Shown piece after piece: positions 1 to 9,504 of a DNA stretch of 64,000 nucleotides. A program made the translations under genes and the position numbers. The notes beneath the pieces are model-generated. The model was not told where the DNA came from. It made no database searches and saw nothing but the letters and a program-made list of their open reading frames with translations. Where the stretch lies: positions 576,001-640,000 of the forward strand of contig CAWCKY010000003.1 in assembly GCA_963796275.1 (NCBI GenBank), in the 5' to 3' direction. The DNA is from an uncultured Acidobacteriota bacterium (GTDB lineage: Bacteria > Acidobacteriota > Blastocatellia > RBC074). The stretch's first letter is position 1, and every line of letters begins with the position of its first letter.

Positions 1-310
1 CAATCGGCTGGAATAGCTCGGGCTTCCCATTTCCGGGGTCGCTGTCGCGCTGGCTGGTAGGCGCTTCGCGAACGGGGGCGCGCGACGATTCGCCGGCCAG
101 ATCGCGGTCGCGGCCGATCTCCAGCCGTGTCACTTCGGCGGGGCGAAAGAGCACACGCTTGCCATCGTCCATTTCAAAAATGAATTGGCCGTTTTCGTAA
201 CCGATGAAAGTGCCTTTGAGCACGCTACCGTTCTTCAAGAACAGAGTATCGGCAACCGCTGCGCTCGCCAGCAATGTAAGCAGAACAGTCGTAGCAATAA
301 CTCTTCGCAT
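1..310 (-). CDS. Secreted hypothetical protein, truncated by window edge
   Basis: Manual translation from ATG at 310: MRRVIATTVLLTLLASAAVADTLFLKNGSVLKGTFIGYENGQFIFEMDDGKRV..., open to position 1. Sec-type signal peptide with an AVA-D cleavage site. Not in the ORF track. Confidence 0.75.
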   Translation of the reverse strand, partial: MRRVIATTVLLTLLASAAVADTLFLKNGSVLKGTFIGYENGQFIFEMDDGKRVLFRPAEVTRLEIGRDRDLAGESSRAPVREAPTSQRDSDPGNGKPELFQPI

Positions 311-479
311 AGCTTTCCAGCTCACCGGAAAATATCGATAAAAGCGGGGTGGAGTATAGCACAATGGTATTTGCATAGAAGAGATCGCACGATTCGCGTT
401 TGAGTTTCGCATGCTAAAATCATAAACTCGCTATTCGCGATAAAAATCTCGAACTATTTTCAGTATTTTAAGTTTCACA

Positions 480-1574
480 ATGAACGAGAGCAAATTTCTC
501 CAAGGTAAACGCATCGCTCCGGAGCCGATCACCAAAAATACTTCGATCGTCCAGCTCATCGAGAATAATTTCCAAGCGTATAATGCGGCGCGTTTGCGGG
601 AAGGCGCGCAGCTTTTTGCCGAACGGATGCTGCAAGAGGACGTGACGGTAGGTTTGACGCTGACCGGCGCTTTGACCCCTGCCGGCCTCGGCATTTCGAC
701 TATCAATCCCTTGATCGAAGCCGGGTTTATCGACTGGATCATAACGACCGGCGCGAACCTTTATCACGACACACATTTCGGCCTCGGGCTTTCTATGCAT
801 CGCGGGAACCACCAGATGAGCGACGTGGTGTTGCGCGAAGAAGGCGTCGTGCGCATCTACGACATCTTCTTCGACTACGAGGTGCTGCTATCGACCGACG
901 CATTCTTCCGCGAAATCATCGGCGCGCCGGAGTTTCAGCGCGAAATGTCGACGGCCGAGTTCCATTTCCTCTGCGGTAAATACGTCGCCGAACGTGAACG
1001 AGTGTTGGGACTGGTGAATCAATCACTGCTCGCCGCCGCCTACCGTTGGGGCGTGCCGATCTACACTTCCTCGCCGGGGGACAGTTCCATCGGCATGAAC
1101 GTCGCCGCTATGGAACTGCAGGGCAGTAGGTTGCGGATCAATCCGTCAGCCGACGTCAATGAGACTGCGGCGATCGTGCTGGCGGCCAAGCGGTCAGGGG
1201 GAAAATCGGCGATCTTCATTTGTGGCGGCGGGAGTCCGAAGAATTTCGCCCTGCAGACAGAACCTCAGATTCAGGAAGTGCTCGGCATTGAGGAGAAGGG
1301 GCACGATCTGTTCCTGCAGATTACCGACGCTCGCCCGGACACCGGCGGCCTGAGCGGAGCAACGCCGTCCGAAGCAGTGAGCTGGGGTAAAATCGACCCG
1401 GATCAATTACCGGGGACAGTTGTCTGCTATGTCGATACGACTATCGCGCTGCCGTTGATCGCGGCCTATGCATTTGCCAAGCGCGGACCACGTTCTTTGA
1501 AGCGATTGTACGATCGGCGAGGTGAAATGATGAGCTCGTTGAAGCGCGAATATGATCGTGCAAACCGCAAATAA
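480..1574 (+). CDS. speY: Deoxyhypusine synthase-like protein (probable homospermidine biosynthesis, SpeY-like)
   Basis: DHS motifs [42 protein letters not shown] (catalytic Lys present). Confidence 0.85.
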   Translation: MNESKFLQGKRIAPEPITKNTSIVQLIENNFQAYNAARLREGAQLFAERMLQEDVTVGLTLTGALTPAGLGISTINPLIEAGFIDWIITTGANLYHDTHFGLGLSMHRGNHQMSDVVLREEGVVRIYDIFFDYEVLLSTDAFFREIIGAPEFQREMSTAEFHFLCGKYVAERERVLGLVNQSLLAAAYRWGVPIYTSSPGDSSIGMNVAAMELQGSRLRINPSADVNETAAIVLAAKRSGGKSAIFICGGGSPKNFALQTEPQIQEVLGIEEKGHDLFLQITDARPDTGGLSGATPSEAVSWGKIDPDQLPGTVVCYVDTTIALPLIAAYAFAKRGPRSLKRLYDRRGEMMSSLKREYDRANRK

Positions 1575-1655
1575 GCGGGAACGAAAACGGACAAAGAAGA
1601 GCAAAGGTGTTCTTAGTTGTTCTCTCTGCTATTTTTTCTTCGCTTTTGTCTCCGC
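1575..1655. repeat. Imperfect palindrome with purine-rich left arm and pyrimidine-rich right arm
   Basis: gcgggaacgaaaacggacaaagaagagcaaagg ... ctgctattttttcttcgcttttgtctccgc, directly after the speY stop. Confidence 0.55.
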
Positions 1656-1668
1656 TGCACCTTTAGCT

Positions 1669-2490
1669 ATGAGAAAAAACTCTTCACTCAACGATCTGGA
1701 TCTTAACCAGTGGCGGGAATATTCGGACATAATCACTGACTCGCTCTGGCTGATCCCGGAACGTGACCGAACCGGTGCTCACCTCGCCGATTATCACGGT
1801 AATTTCGTTCCCCAAATTCCCTATCAGGCCATGCGGCGTTATACCAGCCGCGGCGATGTTGTCCTGGATCCATTTCTGGGTTCCGGCACAACTCTCATCG
1901 AGTGTCGGCGTCTCGGACGCCACGGTATCGGCATAGAGCTTAAATCCGAACTTGCTCGACAAGCGGAAGAGCGTATTACGGCGCAAAACAATCCATACGA
2001 CATCACCACACGTGTGCTGACGGGGGACAGTTCTGACCCGGTTATTGCGAAGCCACTGGTCATTGAAGCCATGAACCGGATAGGTATAGAAAAGAGCCAG
2101 CTCCTGATCCTCCATCCGCCTTATCACTCGATTATCAAGTTCTCTGATCTTTCCGAGGACCTGTCCAATTGCGCGAGCGTCGAAATCTTCAGGCAAAAGC
2201 TCGGGCAGGTTCTGGATTTAACCACGCAATTTCTTGAAGATGGACGGTTCCTTGTGCTCGTCATCGGCGATATGTATGCGGAGAGCGAGTGGATACCCCT
2301 GAGTTTTTTCTGCATGCACGAAGCGATGGAACGCGGATATAAGCTGAAGAGCATCGTGGTCAAGGATATGCAGGGGAACCGGGCTAAACGCAACCTGGAG
2401 AACATCTGGCGATATCGCGCACTGGCAGGTGGTTTTTACATTTTCAAGCATGAATACGTGATGTTTTTTCAGAAGACGGGAAAAAAATAA
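1669..2490 (+). CDS. Orphan N6-adenine/N4-cytosine DNA methyltransferase family protein
   Basis: SAM-binding motif VLDPFLGSGTT followed by a motif IV variant LHPPY. Start moved to ATG 1669 because the upstream extension only translates the palindrome. Confidence 0.8.
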   Translation: MRKNSSLNDLDLNQWREYSDIITDSLWLIPERDRTGAHLADYHGNFVPQIPYQAMRRYTSRGDVVLDPFLGSGTTLIECRRLGRHGIGIELKSELARQAEERITAQNNPYDITTRVLTGDSSDPVIAKPLVIEAMNRIGIEKSQLLILHPPYHSIIKFSDLSEDLSNCASVEIFRQKLGQVLDLTTQFLEDGRFLVLVIGDMYAESEWIPLSFFCMHEAMERGYKLKSIVVKDMQGNRAKRNLENIWRYRALAGGFYIFKHEYVMFFQKTGKK

Positions 2491-2496
2491 GCTCAG

Positions 2497-4125
2497 ATGG
2501 CTATCCAACCCCCACCCTATCGCGACATTACTCTCGGTGACCTGAGCGCGCAGCTCGCACGGGCGATTCCCGACAATGAGGCGCTCGTTTACCAAGATCG
2601 TAATCTGCGCTTGACTTTTGCCGAGCTGGAAGCTGAGGCGAGATCAGTCGCCCGCGGTTTGATGGCTTGTGGAGTAGAGCGCGGCGAACGTGTGGCGCTG
2701 TGGGCTACCAATGTGCCCGAGTGGGTCGTTCTTCAATTTGCGCTCGCCAAGATCGGGGCGATCCTGGTGACGGTCAACACATCCTTGCGTGCGAACGAGA
2801 TCGATTATCTGCTACGCCAGAGCGAGGCCGCCACGCTCATCACGATACGCGGATTCAGGGATATCGATTACATCGATGTGCTCCGAGAAATCGGAGCAAT
2901 TGGCGGGGCGAATAGCGTGAGGCGAGCGATCTTCGTCAGCCGCGGCGAAGATTGTCCGAGCGGCTTAATGCCTTATGATGAGCTGCATTATCGCGCCGGC
3001 AGCGTGAGCGATGGAGAACTGGCAGCGCGTGAGGCTCAGGTCGGCTTGGACGATTGCATAAATATGCAGTATACGTCCGGCACTACTGGATTTCCGAAGG
3101 GCGTTATGCTTTCGAGCCGCAACATCGTCAATAACGGTTTCTGGCTCGGAGGCGGACTGGGGTATATGCCGGAAGACCGTTTATGTCTATGCGTGCCGCT
3201 CTTTCATTGTTTCGGTTGTGTGATCGGGGTACTCGGCGCCTATACGCACGGCGCATGTCTCTGTCCAATTGAATCCTTCGATGCTCGCAAGGTCTTGGAG
3301 ACCATCGAACGTGAGCGCTGCAGCTCTCTCTACGGCGTGCCGACGATGTTTCTCGCTGAGATGGAAGCCCAGGATTGCACCCGCTTCGATCTCACTTCGC
3401 TGCGCACGGGCGTGATGGCGGGGGCCCTCTGTCCCGAGGCGCTGATGAGACGCGCAATCAATGAGATGAATCTGCGCGAGATCACGATCATCTACGGACT
3501 GACCGAAGCGTCGCCTGGCATCACACAGACGATGCGCGACGACACGATCGAGCATCGCACGCAAACGGTCGGCAAGGTCCTTCCCGAAATGGAAGTGAAG
3601 ATAGTCGATCCGGCCACGAACGAAATGGTCGGACCCGGCGAGCCGGGCGAATTATGCGTGCGCGGATACAACGTGATGCTGGGTTATTACAACAATCCGG
3701 AAGCGACGCGCTCGGCGATCGACGACGCGGGATGGTTGCGGACCGGAGATCAGGCCGCGATGGATGGAGAGGGATATGTGCGCATCACCGGGCGGATCAA
3801 GGACATCATCATTCGCGGAGGAGAGAACATCGCGCCCAAGGAGGTAGAAGACCTGCTCCGGCGGCACAGTGCGGTCTCTGACGCTTATGTTTATGCGGTA
3901 AGCAGCGAATTTTACGGCGAAGAGGTTGCCGCTTCAGTCAGACTGAAATCCGGGATGACTGCAACTGACACCGAGCTGCGCGACTTCTGTAAGGGCGAGC
4001 TCGCCCATTTCAAAATTCCACGGTATGTTCGATTCGTCGATGATTTCCCGATGACAGCCTCTGGCAAGATTCAGAAGTTCAAGTTGCGCGAGATGCACGA
4101 AGCAGAGAGAAACCGCGGACGGTAG
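2497..4125 (+). CDS. AMP-binding acyl-CoA synthetase
   Basis: [36 protein letters not shown] adenylation motifs. Confidence 0.93.
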   Translation: MAIQPPPYRDITLGDLSAQLARAIPDNEALVYQDRNLRLTFAELEAEARSVARGLMACGVERGERVALWATNVPEWVVLQFALAKIGAILVTVNTSLRANEIDYLLRQSEAATLITIRGFRDIDYIDVLREIGAIGGANSVRRAIFVSRGEDCPSGLMPYDELHYRAGSVSDGELAAREAQVGLDDCINMQYTSGTTGFPKGVMLSSRNIVNNGFWLGGGLGYMPEDRLCLCVPLFHCFGCVIGVLGAYTHGACLCPIESFDARKVLETIERERCSSLYGVPTMFLAEMEAQDCTRFDLTSLRTGVMAGALCPEALMRRAINEMNLREITIIYGLTEASPGITQTMRDDTIEHRTQTVGKVLPEMEVKIVDPATNEMVGPGEPGELCVRGYNVMLGYYNNPEATRSAIDDAGWLRTGDQAAMDGEGYVRITGRIKDIIIRGGENIAPKEVEDLLRRHSAVSDAYVYAVSSEFYGEEVAASVRLKSGMTATDTELRDFCKGELAHFKIPRYVRFVDDFPMTASGKIQKFKLREMHEAERNRGR

Positions 4126-4176
4126 CGAGCGAGTTGTGATCAATCAGATTGATGGAGGCTCGCTCGCTAACATAGC

Positions 4177-4420
4177 TGAAGACTGTTCAAATAAAGTTGG
4201 TTATTATCAACAGTTTCTGATTGCTCCGGAGGAGCCCGATGTATATAGCATTTGATTCCCCCAAGTCTCACAAGCTCCGCAGGAGCGACATGTGAATGTC
4301 TGTAGATCGCTCCTGCGGAGCTTGTGAGATGTGGGAGAACGAGTTCTATAAACATCCCGCGCCTCTGGCGCTCAGGACCGATATCGTTGATTCAATGATC
4401 TTTTAGTTGCACACTCTTCA
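4177..4420. mobile_element. Non-autonomous palindromic element (MITE/REPIN-like), copy 1, with 6-bp target-site duplication CATAGC
   Basis: Ends tgaagactgttcaaataaag / cttttagttgcacactcttca form an imperfect inverted repeat. CATAGC at 4171-4176 and 4421-4426. Four internal REP-like cores (gctccggaggagc, gctccgcaggagc, gctcctgcggagc, gcgcctctggcgc). Related copy at 45189-45427. Confidence 0.85.
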
Positions 4421-4434
4421 CATAGCTGATTCAA

Positions 4435-5733
4435 TCAACCTTTCATCGTAACCGCGTGACCGCTTCCCAGGCCATCGAGCTTGAGTTTGAGGTCCCACTT
4501 CTCACCGGACTTGGACATCTTATCCCAGGTTACTTCCTTACCCGAATAAGCCGCCATACGGCCGAGAATGGCAGTCAGCGTGGTTTCGGCGCCCTGCTCG
4601 GTCTGATTTTCAAACTTGCCGCTCTTGATGCTTTCGACCAGGGCTTTCATCTTCGTTCCGACTGCCGCGTGCAGATTGACGGGGCCTTCGTAAAGTTTGA
4701 TGCCCTGTTCTTTGCTGAGCGTGACTTTCGCCGGGCCGCTCTGCAGGGTTTCACTCACGCCCAGGGTGCCGAAGAATCGCTCGCCCTGTTGCCGGTATCC
4801 TTTGTTACGAAACTGGTTCGAGTTGAAGCTGATGTGCACATCTCCCGGATAGACGTATGTGAGAATGAAATGGTCGTTGCACAGGAAGTCGGCTGGGATG
4901 CCTACCACTTCTTTTCGCACAGCCCGGCCACCGAGTCCCACCGCTTTCACCGGATGCGATTTCAATGCCCAGTTAATGATGTCGATGATGTGAATGTTCT
5001 GCTCGACCAGAATATCGCCGGAGAGAGCTTTATCGAATACCCAATTGCGGACGCGCGCTTCCAGCTCCGGCATCCCGTCCTTGTTACGGCGATCGAGATC
5101 GTTGGTGTAATAAAAAGTTTGACCCAGCGCTATCTCGCCGATATCGCCCGCGTGAATCTTTTCGATCACAGTCCGGTAGCCTTCGTCGTAACGTTTTTGG
5201 AAACCTACGTGAATGCTCACTTTGCCTTTGGCCTGGTTCCCCGCTTTGATTACCCGCAGGCAACCGCTGACATCGGTCGCGACAGGCTTTTCGAGATAAA
5301 CGTGTTTGCCGGCGGCTACTGCCGCTTCGAGGTGATCGGGATGGAAGTATGGAGGGCTGGTGATGAGAACCAAATCTACATCTTTCGATTGCAAGAGGTT
5401 CTCATAGCTGCGCCATCCTTTGAAGATGTTGCCCGAAGGTATCTTCGCATAACTTTTCTCTTCCGCGATTTTGTCGAAATGCGAACGCGTGGATTCCAGA
5501 CGATCATCGAACAAATCCATTAAAGCGGTAATACGCACATCTGTATTCTGGATGAACTGCCCGCCATCGTAATTCCCCCGTTCGCCGCAGCCGATGATGC
5601 CCAGCCCGAGTGATGAATTGGCAGAAGAGCCAAACGCCGTCGCTGACGGTACGATCAGCAATCCGGCGCCCGCCGCCACACCGGCCTTGACGAAGTCGCG
5701 TCGCGATCGAGGTTTTTCAAGTTTGTTTCTCAT
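4435..5733 (-). CDS. Tat-exported Gfo/Idh/MocA family oxidoreductase
   Basis: SRRDFVK twin-arginine signal; IIGCGERG Rossmann motif; GKHVYLEKP. Confidence 0.92.
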   Translation of the reverse strand: MRNKLEKPRSRRDFVKAGVAAGAGLLIVPSATAFGSSANSSLGLGIIGCGERGNYDGGQFIQNTDVRITALMDLFDDRLESTRSHFDKIAEEKSYAKIPSGNIFKGWRSYENLLQSKDVDLVLITSPPYFHPDHLEAAVAAGKHVYLEKPVATDVSGCLRVIKAGNQAKGKVSIHVGFQKRYDEGYRTVIEKIHAGDIGEIALGQTFYYTNDLDRRNKDGMPELEARVRNWVFDKALSGDILVEQNIHIIDIINWALKSHPVKAVGLGGRAVRKEVVGIPADFLCNDHFILTYVYPGDVHISFNSNQFRNKGYRQQGERFFGTLGVSETLQSGPAKVTLSKEQGIKLYEGPVNLHAAVGTKMKALVESIKSGKFENQTEQGAETTLTAILGRMAAYSGKEVTWDKMSKSGEKWDLKLKLDGLGSGHAVTMKG

Positions 5734-5782
5734 TGCAGTCTCCTCCGGGTAATTTAGTTATAGCGGTTTTCAAATATGAAGA

Positions 5783-5868
5783 GATTCGCCGCCCAATAAA
5801 ATAGCACAAAAAACACGTAAGGAAGTTTGTGTCTTCGATGCGAATTTTTAGGATTTTAGTGGCGAATC
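5783..5868. repeat. Imperfect intergenic palindrome, probable terminator role
   Basis: gattcgccgc...gtggcgaatc closing stem with A-rich and T-rich arms, just after the ggt stop. Confidence 0.5.
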
Positions 5869-5875
5869 CGATTTA

Positions 5876-7555
5876 TCACCAGCCAATCGCGCATCCGTCC
5901 TTCCGCGGATCCGAGCCGCCGAACAGCGCTCCTGTTTGGGGATCGATCATGATCCCCTGATAGCCGCCGAACATGCCAGGCGACGTGATAGTTTTATGTC
6001 CTTTTTGGGCGAGCGCGCTGCGAGCTTCTTCACTGATAGCCGTTTCGAGCGCCAGGCCGCTCTCGAAATGGCGGAAACGCGGTGCCTCGCCCGCGCGCTG
6101 CACATCCATCCCGAAATCGATGATATTGAGCAGAACCTGCACATGGCCCTGTGTCTGCATATCACCTCCCATGACGCCGAACGCCAACCATGGGTTACCG
6201 TTTTGAAAGACCATCGCCGGAACGAGCGTGTGGAATGGGCGCTTGTTGCCTTCCAGACGGTTCGGGTGATTCGGATCGAAAGAGAATCCCGCGCCGCGGT
6301 TATGCAGCACGATGCCCGTGTCGCCGGCAACCAGACCCGAGCCGAACGCGCTGAAGATGCTCTGGATGAGCGAGACCGCATTCCGGTCTTTGTCGACCAC
6401 CGTCAGAAAAACCGTATCCTCCCCGCCGCGCGGGCCCGAGGCAGTCTGCTCGGTGACGTGATTCTGGTCGATGCGCTTGCGTAATTCTGCGGCATAACCT
6501 TTCGAGAGTATCTTATCGATGGGGGCTTGATAGAAAGCCGGATCGGCTATATGACGCGCGCGGTCAATAAATGCGAGCTTTTTTGCTTCGGCTAGCAGAT
6601 GCAGATATTCGGGAGTGTTGTGGCCGAGCGAATGAAGATCGAAGCCTTCCAGAATATTGAGCCAGATGAGCGCAGTCAGCCCTTGAGTATTCGGCGGCAG
6701 TTCGTAGATCGTCTTTCCGCGATAAGTCGTGCTGATCGGATCGATCCAATTCGAGGTGTGATTGGCGAAATCCTTCCGCGTGTGAAGCCCGCCCTTTCCT
6801 TCGGCGAACTTGACGATCTTCTCGGCAATCTCGCCGTGATAGAAGACTTCGGTGCCTCCCGCTGCGATCTTTTTGAGCGTGCTCGCCAAATTCTTATTCG
6901 AGAATAGTTCGCCTGCGAGAAGGGCCTTGCCGCCGGGCAAGAACGTCTTGGCGAAGTCTGGCTCGCCTTTATGGTTCATTCCCTCCTGCCAGTCGTGCGC
7001 GATGACGTCGGTGACGGGATATCCGCGCTCTGCATATTCAATGGCGGGCTGGAGCACTTGTGCGAGCTTCATCGTGCCGTAACGTTCGAGCAGCTTCGCC
7101 CAACCGTCGACCGCGCCGGGTATGGTGACCGCATGAACGCCTGTTTGCGGCATGCTATCGAAGCCGCGTTTTTTCAGATCATCGATGCTTGCCGCGAGTG
7201 GTGCGCGGCCGCTGGCGTTGAGCGCTTTCAATTCTTTTTTCTTGGCATTCCAGACGAGAGCGAAGAGGTCGCCTCCGGGGCTGACCATCATGGGCTCGAC
7301 CACACATAGCACAGCGGCGGCCGTCACGGCGGCGTCAATCGCATTGCCGCCCTGTTGCAGAACCCGAAGTCCGGCCGCGGAGGCCAGCGGTTGGCTCGTC
7401 GCGATCATTCCATTCATGGCGCGAACGGCGGACCGCGTCCTGCCTCCGCTCGCGCTCGGTTTGTCGCCTACCGGTTGTTGGGATGCGACAGGTAGTATTG
7501 ATGAGAGGATCATTGATATCACGAAAATTGTAGCAGCATGTTTTTTGTGGATCAT
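5876..7555 (-). CDS. ggt: Gamma-glutamyltransferase, exported
   Basis: GGNAIDAAV, YELPPN, autocatalytic Thr in EDTVFLTVVD, KRPFHTL, GVMGG, GGSDPRKDG; N-terminal signal peptide. Confidence 0.95.
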   Translation of the reverse strand: MIHKKHAATIFVISMILSSILPVASQQPVGDKPSASGGRTRSAVRAMNGMIATSQPLASAAGLRVLQQGGNAIDAAVTAAAVLCVVEPMMVSPGGDLFALVWNAKKKELKALNASGRAPLAASIDDLKKRGFDSMPQTGVHAVTIPGAVDGWAKLLERYGTMKLAQVLQPAIEYAERGYPVTDVIAHDWQEGMNHKGEPDFAKTFLPGGKALLAGELFSNKNLASTLKKIAAGGTEVFYHGEIAEKIVKFAEGKGGLHTRKDFANHTSNWIDPISTTYRGKTIYELPPNTQGLTALIWLNILEGFDLHSLGHNTPEYLHLLAEAKKLAFIDRARHIADPAFYQAPIDKILSKGYAAELRKRIDQNHVTEQTASGPRGGEDTVFLTVVDKDRNAVSLIQSIFSAFGSGLVAGDTGIVLHNRGAGFSFDPNHPNRLEGNKRPFHTLVPAMVFQNGNPWLAFGVMGGDMQTQGHVQVLLNIIDFGMDVQRAGEAPRFRHFESGLALETAISEEARSALAQKGHKTITSPGMFGGYQGIMIDPQTGALFGGSDPRKDGCAIGW

Positions 7556-8772
7556 AGAGGTTTCTTGTCGATTTTTGCGGGCGACGGCTTCGCGCCGCCG
7601 GCTTCTAGTCTATTGGCGACTTTTTCGACATCCGACATAGTTCGCAACAAGTTTTCTCCGAGTACTTTCTTCACGTCATTTTCCGAATAGCCGCGTTTGA
7701 GCAGCTCGAAGGTTATCGTAGGAAGCTTGGAAACGTCCTCCATCCCAGCCGGCAATAGGCCGTCTACACCGTCGAAATCCGACCCGATGCCGACGTGATC
7801 GATGCCGGCGACTTTTATAATATGTTCGAAATGCTGCATGAGCATGGCGAGCGTCGCGGTCTGTGCGACCTTGGTCGGCCCTGGCATCCCCGTTTTGGCA
7901 TATTCCGTGTTGATGAATCCGTTGTAAAAATTGACCATCACGACGCCGCCTTTTTTTGCCATCGCTTTCAGCATATCGTCGGTCAGGTTGCGCGAGACAT
8001 TGGTCAACGCCCGGGATGATGAATGTGACGCGATGAGAGGTGCCTGGCTGACCTCGATACAATCCCAGAATGTCTCGTCAGAAACGTGGGATATATCGAC
8101 CATCATCCCCAGTCGATTCATCTCGCGCACGACCTCTTTGCCGAAGCCGCTCAGCCCCCCGTGACGTTTTTCCGCCGGAGCCGATATACCGCCTGCAGAG
8201 TCTGCCCAGTTGTTCGTATTTGTATGTGTGAGCGTCATGTACCGCACGCCGAGCCCATAAAATTGGCGCAACGCCGGTAAGCTGTCTTCAATCGCGTGAC
8301 CGCCCTCGATGCCCATAAGCGCGGCGATCTTTCCCGATTTATGGATTCGTCGTATGTCGGCCACAGTATATGCCATCTCCAGGGACTCGGGGTAGCGCCG
8401 GACCTGCTCGTTGACACCATCGATCATTTTGCGTGCGCGCTGTGCCGACCCGCCGCCACGCGCGTATTTTGCCGCAACATAGATAGAGAAGAAGACCGCG
8501 TCAAGCCCGCCGTCCTTCATTCGCGGTATATCCGTTTGCGTTTTTCCGCTTTTATCGCGGGCCCCCATATCGAAACCATCATCGGCTATGGGCGAGGTGA
8601 TATCGTTATGCGTATCTACGACAATTGCAGCCCGGTGCAGCCGCGTCGAGACTTCGCGCAAGTTTTTATCATCATTCGAGAGCTGTGCGACGTTCGACTT
8701 ATTCAATAGTACCGAAAGCGAAATAATCCCGGCTGGAAGCAGGAGTAATGGCAATAGTTGCCGATAGAGCAT
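7552..8772 (-). CDS. Membrane (renal-type) dipeptidase, peptidase M19
   Basis: DTHND, GIEGGH, MVDISH, ASHS, GIGSDFDG motifs; 4-bp overlap with ggt. Confidence 0.93.
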   Translation of the reverse strand: MLYRQLLPLLLLPAGIISLSVLLNKSNVAQLSNDDKNLREVSTRLHRAAIVVDTHNDITSPIADDGFDMGARDKSGKTQTDIPRMKDGGLDAVFFSIYVAAKYARGGGSAQRARKMIDGVNEQVRRYPESLEMAYTVADIRRIHKSGKIAALMGIEGGHAIEDSLPALRQFYGLGVRYMTLTHTNTNNWADSAGGISAPAEKRHGGLSGFGKEVVREMNRLGMMVDISHVSDETFWDCIEVSQAPLIASHSSSRALTNVSRNLTDDMLKAMAKKGGVVMVNFYNGFINTEYAKTGMPGPTKVAQTATLAMLMQHFEHIIKVAGIDHVGIGSDFDGVDGLLPAGMEDVSKLPTITFELLKRGYSENDVKKVLGENLLRTMSDVEKVANRLEAGGAKPSPAKIDKKPL

Positions 8773-8937
8773 GAGCCGTCCTTTCCGAATGGTTCGGGGG
8801 ATTTAAGATTTGTAAAACTTTTCGAGATGCGAGGTTATTTTGTTACCCCGATCTGAATTAAGCAAGATGATTTGTGAGCCAATCATGCTAGAATTAAGCG
8901 AGCTGCCCGTTCCATCAAAAACGTCTAAAAGTAAAAT

Positions 8938-9363
8938 ATGATCAAAGAGGTCAGACATCTCTCGGGGAGAGACAAAAGAGCACTGGCGGTCTTTTTCGGC
9001 ATCGCCTTTCTCTGCTGGCTCTATTTTGCATCCGGGATTCTGGTGACAAAAGACCCGTTACAATATGACGAGATCGAGATGGCAAAAGATGGAACTGGTT
9101 ATACGGTGAGGGTGTTGGGATTGCGTGAAATCGGAATAGCCGAAGAATTGAGTAAGGCCATTCGAGACCAGCGCCGTGTTAACACAAGTATCGAGACGAT
9201 ACCAAAGGGTGGCGGTTATCTCATCAATATTGGTCCGCTAGTCAAACTTCAGGCGGCCGAGGCTCTCACCACCGAGTTGTATAACTCCGGCTTCAACATA
9301 GTTAAGATCGTAGAGAATTGCCAGCCGGGCGGGGATTGCGCACCTGCTCAAGTGAACAATTAG
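8938..9363 (+). CDS. Small membrane-anchored SPOR-like protein
   Basis: N-terminal TM helix, then YTVRV...A..L...YLINIGP...AAEALTTELYNSGF, matching the SPOR repeat pattern. Confidence 0.65.
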   Translation: MIKEVRHLSGRDKRALAVFFGIAFLCWLYFASGILVTKDPLQYDEIEMAKDGTGYTVRVLGLREIGIAEELSKAIRDQRRVNTSIETIPKGGGYLINIGPLVKLQAAEALTTELYNSGFNIVKIVENCQPGGDCAPAQVNN

Positions 9364-9504
9364 TGCAGCCGGGTAAGATTCACCACAAAAATCGCAAAAG
9401 AGTATAATCGCGCGCTGACGACGGTCGCGAGATCTCGATGTCCTTTGAGCAGCGAAGGCTCATTCGGGCCAAGCAAATCGAATTGCCCGGTTAACTGCAG
9501 GGGC

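Noticed and set aside
1552-1668. N-terminal extension of the methyltransferase ORF (similarly 28078-28206, 14389-14493, 18462-18602, 59950-60045)
   Set aside because: These extensions translate palindromes or intergenic DNA; downstream starts fit the domain boundaries better.
4177-4420. Repeated GCTCC..GGAGC units as a possible CRISPR array
   Set aside because: Units are inverted relative to each other, not direct repeats with unique spacers; no cas genes in the window.
4456-5523. 355-aa ORF antisense to the Gfo/Idh/MocA gene (also 26379-27428, 50850-51701, 58203-58892, 61913-62659)
   Set aside because: Shadow ORFs opposite well-supported genes; no motifs; expected from codon bias in GC-rich DNA.
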